A stretch of DNA of 64,000 bases from the human T2T-CHM13v2.0 reference genome, Homo sapiens. Position 1 is the first letter of the stretch, and every line of letters begins with the position of its first letter. Shown here one piece after another: positions 14,231-26,339 of this stretch. The notes under the pieces were generated by a model that had not been told where the DNA came from, made no database searches, and saw nothing but the letters and a program-made list of their open reading frames with translations. Made by a program: the position numbers and the translations under genes. The DNA is taken from assembly GCF_009914755.1 (NCBI RefSeq), contig NC_060933.1; one strand, written 5' to 3'.

Positions 14231-14991
14231 ACTTCTTGACGTTTGTTCATGGTATCAGAAGTAATGAATTTCAAGTTTACCCAATGAGCACATCAGTTTT
14301 TGCAGATGTTTATTTCTCACAAGCCCCAAGCTGACCTCTATTGAATGGTATACTAGGTAGGTGGTTAGATTGTGGTCTTTTGTGTGCTGAGGATGGCTTT
14401 GTTTTACACCCTGATGACTTATGTCCTTCTTGGCCCTAACTCCTTCCTCATTCTTTGCTTTGTGGCTTACAAGAGAGCGGAAGGAAGAAGAGCCACTACC
14501 CATAACATCAGTGGCTGCTAACTAAGGAGTGTTTTGACATGCTGGTACAGCCTATCCTCAGCTTTCCAGAAGGTGGAATCTTGTGATAGTGGAAAGAAGT
14601 AGAAGAGATGAAGGTAGGCCAGTAACCAGCGATGCCCAGCTGGCTCTGCTAGGATTACTTACAGCCTGTATTTGCTCTGATTGGTGAGGGTCTGTGCCAT
14701 GGTTGGTATTATTTGAAAACCATTTCTGGCTACACACCAGTTATAAAAAATAAGCCACACTGTTGCCTTTTCTAGAATAATGTAAGATAACAAATTTGTT
14801 ATAAAGCTAGAAAATGAAAGTAAAAAAAATATGAGCACTGGTAAATCTCACTGTTTGTAACAATTCAGTTGAGCCATTTACATCTCATTTTATTAAAAAA
14901 TATGCAACCAAAAATAAAAGTACTCAATCTTTTGGAAAAATTTTAATGTGATTTTTTTCTTGCTTGTTTAATTAAATCCTTAACCTTATGG

Positions 14992-15208
14992 CAGAATTTC
15001 TCAAGCTCAACACTGTGGGCATTTGGAGCTGGGGGTAATTTTTTGTTGTCGGGGGCTTTTGTGTATTTTAGGATGTACAGTAGCACCCCTGGCTTTTATC
15101 CGCCAGATGCCAGTAACACCCCTACTCCCAGCTGTGAGAACCAAAAAGGTCTCCAGACTTTGTCAAATGTCTTCTATGGAACAAAATCAACCCCCTAGGG
15201 AACCACTG
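14992..15208 (+). mobile_element. MER20 (hAT-Charlie MITE)
   Basis: CAG...CTG termini; ccagatgccagtaacaccc...ccaaaaaggtctccagactttgtcaaatgtc...gaaccactg. Confidence 0.88.
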
Positions 15209-15697
15209 CCTGAGACATTCCAGTATGATTTTCAAGTAGAATCTGCCCCAGACATTTTATTCACGTGGCGTCAGTGGAGTCAGTCACCTATCTACATCCC
15301 TCATGCTTAATGAAACACAGCTTTCATTTAAGCCATCTATCAAAAAAAAATTTCTGAAGTATTTTCTATTTATTTCTTAAGTTTATGCTCTTGAGTTTAT
15401 GCTCAGCTGCCACTGAGCCCTTTATTTGTAATTGTAAGTTGGGAAACTCACCTGAAATGGAGAGAAATGGTAAGCGTATCTAGTTTGTGTTGGAGATAGG
15501 TTTAGTGTGGGTCATGAGTATTGAGAACCAGATTTAAGATGATGTTGTCCTACAAGAGTCCCAGATCACTGCCATCCCAGCTTCCAGGAAACCTGATATA
15601 AATTTCTCAGTAGCTATACAAGAAAACAATTGCAATAAATTGTTTATTAATGTCTACCATGTGCCATACCTTTGAAGAATCACTTGGTTCCTCAAAA

Positions 15698-16272
15698 GCA
15701 GTTAGGATTCTTGTTGCAAGCAATAGAACTCTGAAGTGGTTTAAGCTATAGGGAATTTATTAACTCATGTAATTGTGAAGTCCAAAAGCAGGGTGAGTTG
15801 GTTTGTTCTCAAGGCTCATGCTGTCATCAGTCTGTGGCTCGGTTTCCCTGTGGAAAACCGAGTTTTGCCCTTAGTTTTGCCCTCATCTCGGTGACTGCAT
15901 CATCCTCAAGCCGGTAGCCAAATCTCTGCCATCAGTTCCTGGGGTCACACGTTTCCCCAGCCCATAGGTTCTCTTTCCTCCATTTGCAGAACAAAAGCCC
16001 ATTTAGGACACAGGTTGAACCCACCTAAGACGCAGGTTCTGCCACTGGATCAATCACTACCATGAGGGTGATGTTTTGCTCTGACCTGTCCAGGCTGGTC
16101 TCATGTGCCCATTTCTGAACCAGTCACTGTGGGTGAGGGGCACTTAGGCAGAACCAAACGAGTCCTAACCTTGGAGCGGAGGGTGGGGACAATCCCATCC
16201 AGACCATATGACTTCTCCATAGAGGGTGAATTAAGTAAGTGCTAGGGAGTTAATCACGATACCCACCACCCC
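15698..16272 (-). mobile_element. Old MLT1 LTR (MLT1K/L-like)
   Basis: gttaggattcttgttgcaagcaatagaac...ggtttaagc...ggaatttattaactcatgtaa; tctgaaccagtcactgtgg. Confidence 0.7.
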
Positions 16273-16494
16273 ACAATCTGTTTGGTGTTGAAAGTACTGT
16301 AGCACATGGGGGAGCAGCAACTTAAGAGATCAAAAGAGCTGCCACACTGGGGCGGGGCGGGAGGTGACACAACCCTCTCTAAGCTTCGGTAACTCTTAGC
16401 AAAGGGTCTGTATTGGGGCTGGAAGCAGGGGTTGGAGCAGCCTAGCCCAAGAAGACAGACACTGGACAGAATAGGAATGTGATTTTAGTTTCTG

Positions 16495-17030
16495 CTGCTT
16501 CCGGGCCATTTGTCCTCACACCGTTTCCTCATCCTTCTCCAGCTCTACTCTGTGCCACAGTGGGACACATGGCCATAGACTGCATTTCCCAGGCTCTCAG
16601 GTCAGTTGGCCTCTTAGCTGGATCTGACCCATGAGAGGCACTCGCAGGAATTAGGAGGGTAGAGGAAAGGGAGACACAAGGCATTTGTCCCACTCCTGTG
16701 CCTCAGGCAGCATCTCCAGCAGTGATAATGTCTCTTCTGAGTACATGACTCCAAATCCCACTGGACAGATCTGGTTTTCTTCCAGAATCCTCCCAGAATC
16801 CGTGGTCTGTGGGTCCTCACACAACTTCATCTTCCCTCTGTCCCTCCAGCCAAGGTGTGGTAACAGTTCCCTGCAGTTGCCAATCTCTGGGTGGCACCAC
16901 CATCTCCTGTTTGGCTTCTCAGCCTTTCCAGTCACATCCACTCCCCACACCACAAAATCCCACCACTAAACTTCCTCTAGTTTAAATACTTAGAGTAGTT
17001 TCTCTTTCCCTGGTTGTTCCTAACCCAATC
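16495..17030 (+). mobile_element. ERVL solo LTR (LTR33-like)
   Basis: gactgcatttcccaggctc...atgagaggcactcgcaggaattaggagggtagagg; 3' end gtagtttctctttccctggttg. Confidence 0.7.
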
Positions 17031-18514
17031 CTTAAATTTTTCCCAGTGTAGTGTGGCCTGGAGAAGCAAGGGTTACATGTTGAACTACATTAAGCTGAGA
17101 CCTCCAGGGTGTTACTGACCCAACCTCTACACTTCAGTAAGCAGCTCTCCGTTGGAAATTAAAATGCATCTTCTTTATTTTTTCCTCCCATCTCTAGAGT
17201 CAGGGATTGAGGGGACGGTGTCCTTGGGGATGAGGTATTGTGATTGTCAATAGCAGTAATGACAACTGATGGAACGTTTAGGTTTGATTTACAAGGAATG
17301 CTGGATTTGCATTAGTGTGGTGGGTTTAAAATAACATACATGCATTAGATGATATTCAGATTTAATGGAAAAATAATGACTGCATTAAATCAGGTTTTAT
17401 TGTTATGGAGGGTTTTAATTTGGCAGGACCACTTTCCTTTTGTGATCTAAAAAGGACTCAATTGAGGAAGGTGGGGCCTTCACGCTGGTTCTTGACCTAT
17501 ATCCATTTTGTACTCACCCAGAAATGATTGCACCTTTTAAACAGGTTAACCTTTTTCTTTCCTTTTTTTCCCCCTTAGAAGATGGTTTTTACTTTTTAAA
17601 ACCTCACAGATTAATTTAAAAGTAATAAAAATTAAACAGAAGTCATTGTTATGAAATGGAGTTTCCATTGTGGGTTTTTTAAAGAGGAAATGCATCATTA
17701 AAGTCGTTGCATTATTTATCAGAGAAGCTAATGAAATCATAACTACAGTAACTGAACACACGCAACACAGCACTTGTTTGAAACACTGCCTATAAAACCC
17801 TAGTTAATCACCGTAGGACCAGTGCTTTTTATACTTCATCTCATGAAATAAAAATCATTGCAGTGTTTGTGTAAAGGCTTCCAAATTCTTGACTTTTACC
17901 AAGTTTCTATAGTTACAGTTATGGGGTGACCATGAAATTTGGTCAGAATTCGCTAGTAGAGGCAGGCTCGACCGTAGATTTTAATGGGACTTCAAAAGAT
18001 TTTTAAAAGATTGCCTCCCATCTTACTTGTGTCTTGTTTCAATGTTGCCTGTTAATTTATTAATCTTTCCACCTGCCTAGGTCAGCTGTTTTTACAGGGA
18101 TAAAAGCTATCACTGTAGAGAGAGAAGAAACCATGCCAATACATAGTACAGTCCATGATTTTACAAAGGAGGAGTTGAAGTCAAGGATGTAAGTGACTTG
18201 CTAAAAGCAGGCAAGATCCAGATCCTTCCTGGTTGCCTCACTACCTGCCTTGTGGCAGCTTGGAAACCAGGGGGGCTGGGTTTGGAGGTTCTGAAAAGGT
18301 CTCAGAGTCCCAGGCTAATAAAAACCTCAAGAGGTGATCTGTTCTAGGGACAGCCTGCTCCTGGGCCAGCTGCAAAGCTGCCCCTCTGTCTTCCATGCCA
18401 ACACCCCACTGCATCCACCGCCCCTCCTGATCCATGTCCCTGCATCTGTAGTTTGCTCTCTCTTCAATCCTTGTCTCTTTTCCCCAACCTCTCCTCCCAC
18501 TGAGGAGCTTGTGA

Positions 18515-18829
<315 letters not shown>

Positions 18830-19169
18830 TGGCAGGTGGACTTTTATGGGCACGAGAGCAAACCTGCATCACCAGGCTTATGGGAAGACCCATTAGGCAA
18901 GTACTGGAGGATTCTGCAGTATCTCAGTGAGGCTATCCGAGGGCCAGGGCTGTGGAGTGACCTGGAGTTTTGGTGTCTTCCATCTAGCATTAGTGGCAGC
19001 TTTATAGAAGTGACAAAGACAAGATCAAGCCACTGATGTTTTGACACGACCAGAATATTAGGCTAAAATACACCAAATCTTACATAAGCTTGTAACCTTC
19101 ATTTAGTTCATTTTAACTCTATGCTTACTCCTCCAGTTAACTCCTGACTTTTGGGACTGTACACCTAGG

Positions 19170-19655
19170 AACTTCCTCCATCCTGTCTCTCTCCTTCTCA
19201 CCCACCTGGAAACTGCTTCATGTCATGACTGAGAGAGGGGTCTCCATATGACACCAACCATCCACCCCAGAGCTCCAGTTGATTGGTCCTGGGAGAGACA
19301 CCTGACCTGAGCCACGTCAAGGAGGACCTTCCTGGATCAGTCAGACTTGGGACTCATTTTAGGATCAGTTTCTGCAGATGATGAATAAACTGTAGGCCTA
19401 ACATTTAGGAGCTATTGTAGACAATGTCTAGAAAGTCAACCAAAAGAGGAAGAATGCAGCTGATAGGTGGAGAAAAAGTGAGCTGATAGTTGGTTAGCCT
19501 GTGCTTGGTCCTCTTTGCTCCTGAAGCCCAGCTGCACACACCCTGCCTTCAATGCAGCCTGGGCAGGTGACTTTTTCTATGAGCCAATCATTTCCTCTTA
19601 AGCTCTAGATCTAATTGTGTATCTGATGCTACAACCACAGACAGCCTATTGATTG
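19170..19655 (+). mobile_element. Old MLT1 LTR
   Basis: gattggtcc...cacctgacctgagcc...tatgagccaatcatttcctcttaagctc... Confidence 0.6.
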
Positions 19656-20188
19656 ATTGATCTCTTTCTTCATTCATGGGTGTGTGCACACATTCAAAGA
19701 TGGTTGTCAAGCACCAAGTGTCACACCTTTCTGGGCTTTCCCGTCCCGTCTTGCTCACATTATCCACCCACCTTTTCATAATTTCCTCTTTATTGTCTGG
19801 TTTTGTTCATGTCACACAAACAAGGAAAAAAAACCCCTATGTTTAATAGCTATTTTAGTTTAAATGAATTGGAAAAAATTGATGAGAAGGGGCCCGGAGT
19901 ATGAGTTTATGACAGGCCTTAGGAGGTAGGACACTGCTAAGGATCTGTGAGCATGTGATTAAGTAATCTGTCACCAAGCTTTATGGCACATTTCTTATTC
20001 ACTGGAAGCTACCAAAGACAGGGAAGTTATACTGTTTGTTCTTGAGATGCTTACAGTGAGAGAAGTGGGAAAGGATTAAGATAAATGTGGAGTATTTGCA
20101 AATAAGGAAGGGAGATCTATGTAAGGGGAAGTGATTTGGACTGCCTAACACCTAAGGAATGCTGATCTGCTCTTTCTGAGATCAATTT

Positions 20189-20404
20189 GTACTGTTATAG
20201 CACTTCTCATTCAGAGCTCTCAAGGTGTATGATAAATACTAGCTTATCATGGCTCACTATCCCCTTGGGCATAAGAGATTTAGAATAAGGTATAACCATG
20301 GGCCGGAAGGGATAGGAAACATACTTAATAGATGTTCTATGGGGATTTTGGTACGCAGAATGTAATTACCTGTACTGGAACTTGGCCAGAATACCAGAAG
20401 TGAA
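20189..20404 (-). mobile_element. Probable AmnSINE1 (Deu-domain SINE) relic
   Basis: ggggattttggtacgcagaatgtaattacctgtactggaacttggccagaatacc resembles the reverse Deu domain; ttatagcacttctcattcagagctctcaagg resembles the reverse 3' tail (recalled consensus). Confidence 0.55.
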
Positions 20405-22726
20405 TGACCTATCAGACTTGTGATCCAAGGCAATAATTATATCACTCTGTCAGCTCAAATGCAAGGGAGAATTGAGGTTAGTATCATTACCCATTTTCAC
20501 TGCATATATTTCTTTCACTATGATCCATGAAAATATTTTATTCTTGAATTCCTCAAACTCACTCTGCCCAAGCTGGATGCTTCCCACAAAGCCTGCATCC
20601 AATGCATGTCTCCCAGATCATCTGCAGTCATCTTTTCACTTTTCCTTCCTGCCCCACCCCAGAGCCTGCATAAGTGATGAGCAAGGGAATCTGTCCCGGG
20701 TGGGATTTCAGAGAAGACAGATGATGATACATTCTTTGTTTACTTCCCATTTCCCTCCTTCCCTCATTTTTGACTTGGACTTCTCATGACTTTTCCAGGT
20801 GCTGCCTGGTTTCCCTACATTCTTTCCCAGCTCTCATCTTCTCACAGTTCAACAGTCTCTCAAGACTTGAGGTCAGGTTGATCAGAAAGGCGAGTTCTGA
20901 TTGGACTGCACTCACACCTAGGCACTTTATCCGTTAGTGAAATGGACTCAAACTTCACAACTCTCAAGGTCAGATATATAAAATGGAGCATTTGTTTGGT
21001 AATAAAAATATTATTTCTGGCTTTGAGCTTCCATTTTTCCTGATACAGAAAATGGGATCTCGTTACTTCCAAGTAAACTCATCAACTTTCATAATTTCTC
21101 AATCACTTCAGTTAAAAATTTAGCCACATTTGGAATTTGTGTTTCCTCATTGTCTTGCAGATTGATGCTAGCTTCAGGAAGGGGCTCAAATGTCATTTGG
21201 TCGCTTCTTGTTCTCTATCTGATGAGGTTCCCTGAGGCTGTCCCTTGAGATGGGCTTTGGGCTGCCTGGTCCTCGGACGCGGCCACCTCTGCCCAGTGGC
21301 TGGCTGAGCTGCAGCCCTGTGCTCATTGGAGGCCTGGTGGGTGGTTGAAAGGCAGAAGACTCCAGTTCTGACTCATACATCTTCTTCCTAATTCTCTTTT
21401 CTTTATACTTGAACCCCTAGTTTTTGAGCTTAACCCTTCAAATTGGGAGACTTTGTTTTCTGTTTTCTTTCTGATGTTCTCACTCTCCTTCCCCCACCCC
21501 TGGAAAAATTGCAGGTTAATGTTTGCAGCCCAAGAGAAGGATCATTAAAAAGAAAGAAAAAGGACATCTTAGTTAGTATCTCACAGTATCATCTCTAAGT
21601 AAGCCAAATTCTTCTATCATCTGTATTTTGAATTTACATAAAAAACTAAGAACTTGCTGGAGATGTTTCAGACAAAACCTTAAAAAGGATATAGCATAGA
21701 AGTCCCTATTTTCTTATAAGAACCACTAGGATGTGGGTGGGTGGAAGGACAAGGAGGACAAGCCGAAGTTGCTCAGTGTGTATTGATGAGAGTGGCTATG
21801 CTCAGAAATTAAGATTTTTTCCTTAGTTACTAGTAGAACTGGGATCTGTCCATTTTCACAAGTGAAATGCTAGACCAAGATAACAAAATTAACAACATTG
21901 AGAGTTATCAGAGTTATCAGATTTGATGAGGGCTTATCAAACAGAGGTCCAGAAGTTACCCACACTAGGAAGAAACATATTTATTCTCACGATACAACAT
22001 TATTAGGTAGAAATACCTGAGACTATTCTCATCAATCAGCAAGGGAGAGAAACTACATCTCCAGTGTTAATGTTTATATTTACCTGTGTGCCTGTATCTC
22101 TCAGCCTTGTCAGTACCACTGGTGGATTCCAAGATGCTGGAGATGGGCCTTGGGCTGTCTGGTCCTCAGACGTGGCCACCTCTGCCCTGTGGCCACTCAG
22201 GTCATCCATTTGAACTTGGTTTTTGCTCCTAGAAAAGTTTGTCCAAGAAAAGAAAATATTTTCTTTTGAATCTCAGTATTTTTAGTTCAACAGCTTATAA
22301 TCTTCCTTTGGCTAAAATATCTGTCTTGCACGAATGTCATTTCTTTTTTACTTTTGCACGTCACATAATCAGAATATATCTCACATTGCTTAAGCACTAA
22401 GAAAGAAGGAGTATATTATGTTTTAGAACAAAATGCATGGTCAACACTGGGTGATTGTGGTGTGCTGGGGGTAGGGAGAAGGGGTCATGGTGAAATCAGA
22501 GGAAGTGAGGTGAGTGCCTACAAGAGGCTTATTAAACGATCTGAGAGTGAGATTGGAGATGAAAGTCTTTGTAAGCCATTTTTTTTAAAGCTATACTTAG
22601 TAACTGTAAAATCTTTTGGAAGCTGTGTTAACATGTCTGGTCACCAAGGCAGTAAAAGCATACTTATTTACTCTACTGTCATCTTAGAATCAAATTTATT
22701 AGGTTGGTCTTAGGGCATAAGAATGC

Positions 22727-23510
22727 AGCATGTTCCCAAGTCATTCTGCTAAACACCAACACTAACATCTGTCAGATGTTAAAGGGTGAATAATAGCAAA
22801 GTTCACATCTACAGGCAACAGAAGCTGACCCTGGATGACTTAAGCAGGAAAAGGAGGGTATGCCAATTCGAAGTCTTGTTGGAAAATCTGGAGAACAGGT
22901 TGAGAAAATGGGCAGGAGCCAAAGGAGAGGCAAGTGGCCAGAATCACAGCCAAAATCACACCATGGGGATAGGCTTGTGGGGATGCCACTGCCACTATTT
23001 GCAGACACCTAACACCCAACACTTCCTTTGTGCCACCAATGGCTCTCACACTGAGCCTGTGCCTCTGTCATGGCCATCTGGATGTATCTCTCTTGTCCCG
23101 CTTCTCTGCCACTTTCTTCAGAGTCAACGTCCAATGAAGGAGCATCCAACTGGCCCTGTCCAGAGTGTGTAATGCACTAATCCCACGAACTGAGGCAGAT
23201 GACACGCTGCTCTTTGACCTTCTGTGGTGACAGTAGGTCTTGGCTCCTGGTAACAGTCACACAACTGAGGATTCCCCAAACCTAGGAAGATGCTTCAGAT
23301 TCCTGGCAGCCAAAAAATGATAAATGACAACAGGATATTACATAAGAAGAGGTTCCATGGTCAATTAATTTTGGAAAATGCCAGGTTTGACAGGTTTTGC
23401 TATAGGGCTTTTAAAAAATGTGATTGCATGCATGGGAAATCTCCAGGAAGGACTGTAGGATCCCTCCCTTCTTTATTGTCTTGTATGAGTGTTCTGTGGA
23501 ATACGTTTTA
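22727..23510. mobile_element. hAT-Charlie-type DNA transposon relic (22727-22785 and ~23335-23510), split by an MLT1 LTR
   Basis: cagcatgttcccaag...agatgttaa and aggttccatggtcaattaattttggaaaatgc...aaatctccagg...ctgtggaatacgttt. Confidence 0.5.
22793..23330 (-). mobile_element. Old MLT1 LTR (MLT1L/M/N-like)
   Basis: gcaacagaagctgaccctggatgacttaagcaggaaaagg...cagaatcacagccaaaatcacacca. Confidence 0.6.
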
Positions 23511-24322
23511 TGACTCAGTACTTCAAAGCAACAAGACTTTTTCTTGCTTTTAACCTCAGCAAACCAGTTTCTTTATGGACGCATGCAACGTTTCTAGGTA
23601 TGTGAACTAGAACCGCAGTTATGAAAACTTTAAGGCTGTACTGAGGCCTCATGATTGGTTTATATCTCACCATGAGGGTAAGATTACTATTTTATGCCAG
23701 CAGCAACCATCCAAAGCTTGCTCTTCTTGGATTTGCAAGTTTGGGGTTAGTGTTGTAGATATATCACCGCCATGCACTTTTCTGTACTGAAGCTTCTCCT
23801 TTTGTTTCTGGCTGACTATCCAACCTGCCTGAACACATTAATGCAGCTTTACAAAACGTCCAAGAGACTAGCTTGTGTCTGAGAGACCTACATACAGCAG
23901 AGATGGATATTGCCAAGATTCAAGTTCTCTGATAACTCAAAACAAATGTCCTGCTTATTTTTATAGCACTACAATGTAAGGACACGTAATTCAACAACCA
24001 AACAACAGCTGACCTTTAAGCCATGTTTGGCACAGAAAATCGCTCCTATCTATATTCATAGATGATGTCTAAACTTTAGGTCAGAGTCATATTTTATTTG
24101 AGAATTGGTAAGCTGAGTATTATATCTTCACATGCAAATCCAAGGCCCAGCTCTCTAGGCAGTGGAGGTAAATATAAGTTATGGGTATGACTTAAATCAG
24201 CACTGAAAGTTGAGTTTTAAAAAAATAAAGTGTTTCTTTTTTCAAATCTCCCTACATGAAAACAAGAAATTTCTTACTATCCTTCAACTTTTATAAAATA
24301 TAAAGCTAACACTATGAGATAC

Positions 24323-25149
24323 ACTCATTCATTCAAAAATATTTATTTGGGCCCATGATGTGCCAGGCTGTGTGCTCGATATGGGGGATAAAATTGTGAA
24401 TAAGGCATACTCCACACCTTTAAGGAGCTTACACTTAAACTATTGTTTTGTTATCTATTTGTTTATTCCAAAGACTTTCGAGGCATACTACATTTCATAC
24501 ACAGTGCTAGGAGCTCAGGATAAGGAAGCGAACCGGAAAATAATGGTTTCTACTTATCAGAACATAAGCCTAGAGAGGGAGGCTGGCATTAAACCATACA
24601 TCACACAATTATTTGTAGAATCATGCTTGTGATCAGAGTCACAAAGAAAAAGACCAGAATGCTGCGAGTATGTGATGGAACATGTTCTTTGGGGAAGTGG
24701 CCTGTGAGTTGTGCTCAGAAAGATGATCAGGAATAAGTGTGATGGAGACACAGAGAGAGGATGTGAAGGTAGAAATAGAGTGTTAGAGCCAAAGAGACTT
24801 TTTCTGGTGCCAGAGGAAGACTGGCCCCAAATGATGAAGAAAGGGATGGGGCCTGGCCAGACAGAGCCTTGGAGACCATGGGTGGATTTTGATCTTCATC
24901 TTAGAGGCAAAAAGAAGTCATGAAGAAAGTTTCATTAGAGGGATGACATAATCAGATGTGCACTTTAGAAAGACCGCTCTGCCCTGTATGTTGAATGGTT
25001 TGAAGGGGCAATAATGGATGCAGAAATACCAGTCGGGAGGTTATTCCACTTTTCTAGGTAAAAGTCACAGTAGTGCAAGAGACAATGGTAAGAGATATAT
25101 AGACATGAAATATAAACATTCTGAGTCAATAGTACTTGATGCTTATTTG

Positions 25150-25150
<1 letters not shown>
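24323..25150 (-). mobile_element. Two consecutive L2 3' fragments
   Basis: cattcattcaaaaatatttatt...tgtgccaggctgtgtgct; second 3' end at ~24450; gacataatcagatgtgcactttagaaagacc. Confidence 0.75.

Positions 25151-25151
<1 letters not shown>

Positions 25152-25191
<40 letters not shown>
25152..25191 (+). repeat. (GA)n microsatellite
   Basis: ~19 perfect GA units. Confidence 0.98.
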
Positions 25192-25195
<4 letters not shown>

Positions 25196-26194
25196 AAGAG
25201 AAATAAAAGTAAATTGCTAAATGCAGTATGGTGAGCCAAAGGCTATCAAGGACAGTAGAGACACCTAGCCAGTCACTGTCAGCAAAGGCAAATACAAGGA
25301 AGCATGTGACCTCAAGTTGTATATTGTTTATTTGAAGAAACTAGATAAAAATAATAAAAAGTTAACTCACAATCAAGGCAGTGAATAGCAAGCATCAAAT
25401 GAGTGCTTTGGACACGGTGGTTTGTGGGTGTTGACTGCTTAGTTGTGGATAGGTGCAGTCAGGAAGGCCTCATGCAGTGGGTAACACCAGCTGGACTCAG
25501 CAAAGAAAGGAAGAGGAGCAATCCTGTTGGAGAGAACATGTGGAAGAAGGTGATGAGGAAGTAAGAATAGGCTAAGCATGATAGGGAGTATCAGATAAAC
25601 TAATTATATAAAAATGGGAGATTCATTTGGAGGAAAAGTGGTGATGAATTTGGAAGGGTAGTCTGGGGGCAGCAATGGGGTTGCAGAATTTCTATTAAAA
25701 ATTCATAAAAGCTGATTTATACCTGGATTCTCATGAGTAGGTTAGAAATCTCATGCAATAGGAAAAGTTCAAGTTCTGAGTCTTCTCCGACCTTCTCTAC
25801 CATGGAACCTTGAAACAGACAAAAACGCTAATCCTTCTCCATGACCCCTGATCAGAACAGAGTGTCCCATGAAATGCAAGTTGTTTGTGTGTCTGTAAGG
25901 TATATACCTAAGAGAAGTCCCTGAGAGGACTGGGAACTCTGAATCTACATTAGTGATTTGGGCAGTTTCCTTCTCCTGTGAACAAAGCAGAGAGTCCATG
26001 GTCACAGTCATACTACCTCTTGCAAATCAAACACATTTCTGACTAACAGTTGAGTCTCTAATGGATGCTCCCAGATGATTAGCTCTGGGAAGTGTTGATC
26101 TCTGTCCTGGAGGTCATAGAAAGGCTATAGGTAAGAAATTATCAATTAGAACTGCTAGAAATTGAAGTAATTTCAGCCTAAGTCTAAGACAGCA

Positions 26195-26325
26195 TGGGAC
26201 AAGAAAAAAGGAGTGAATTTGACATAGAAGAACTTGGTTTCAAGTTTCAGTTCCATGTTATCTTGAGCAAGTCCATACAATCCTTTAGAGGTGCCATATC
26301 TTTACTTGTAAAATGGGATATTCAC
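26195..26325 (+). mobile_element. MIR fragment
   Basis: gaacttggtttcaagtttcagttcc...cttgagcaagtc...cttgtaaaatgggata. Confidence 0.65.
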
Positions 26326-26339
26326 ACCTTAGGCATTGA

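Noticed and set aside
21280-21300. CTCF motif in the 54-bp duplicated segment
   Set aside because: Only AGGTGGC matches; the CCASY half of the core is absent
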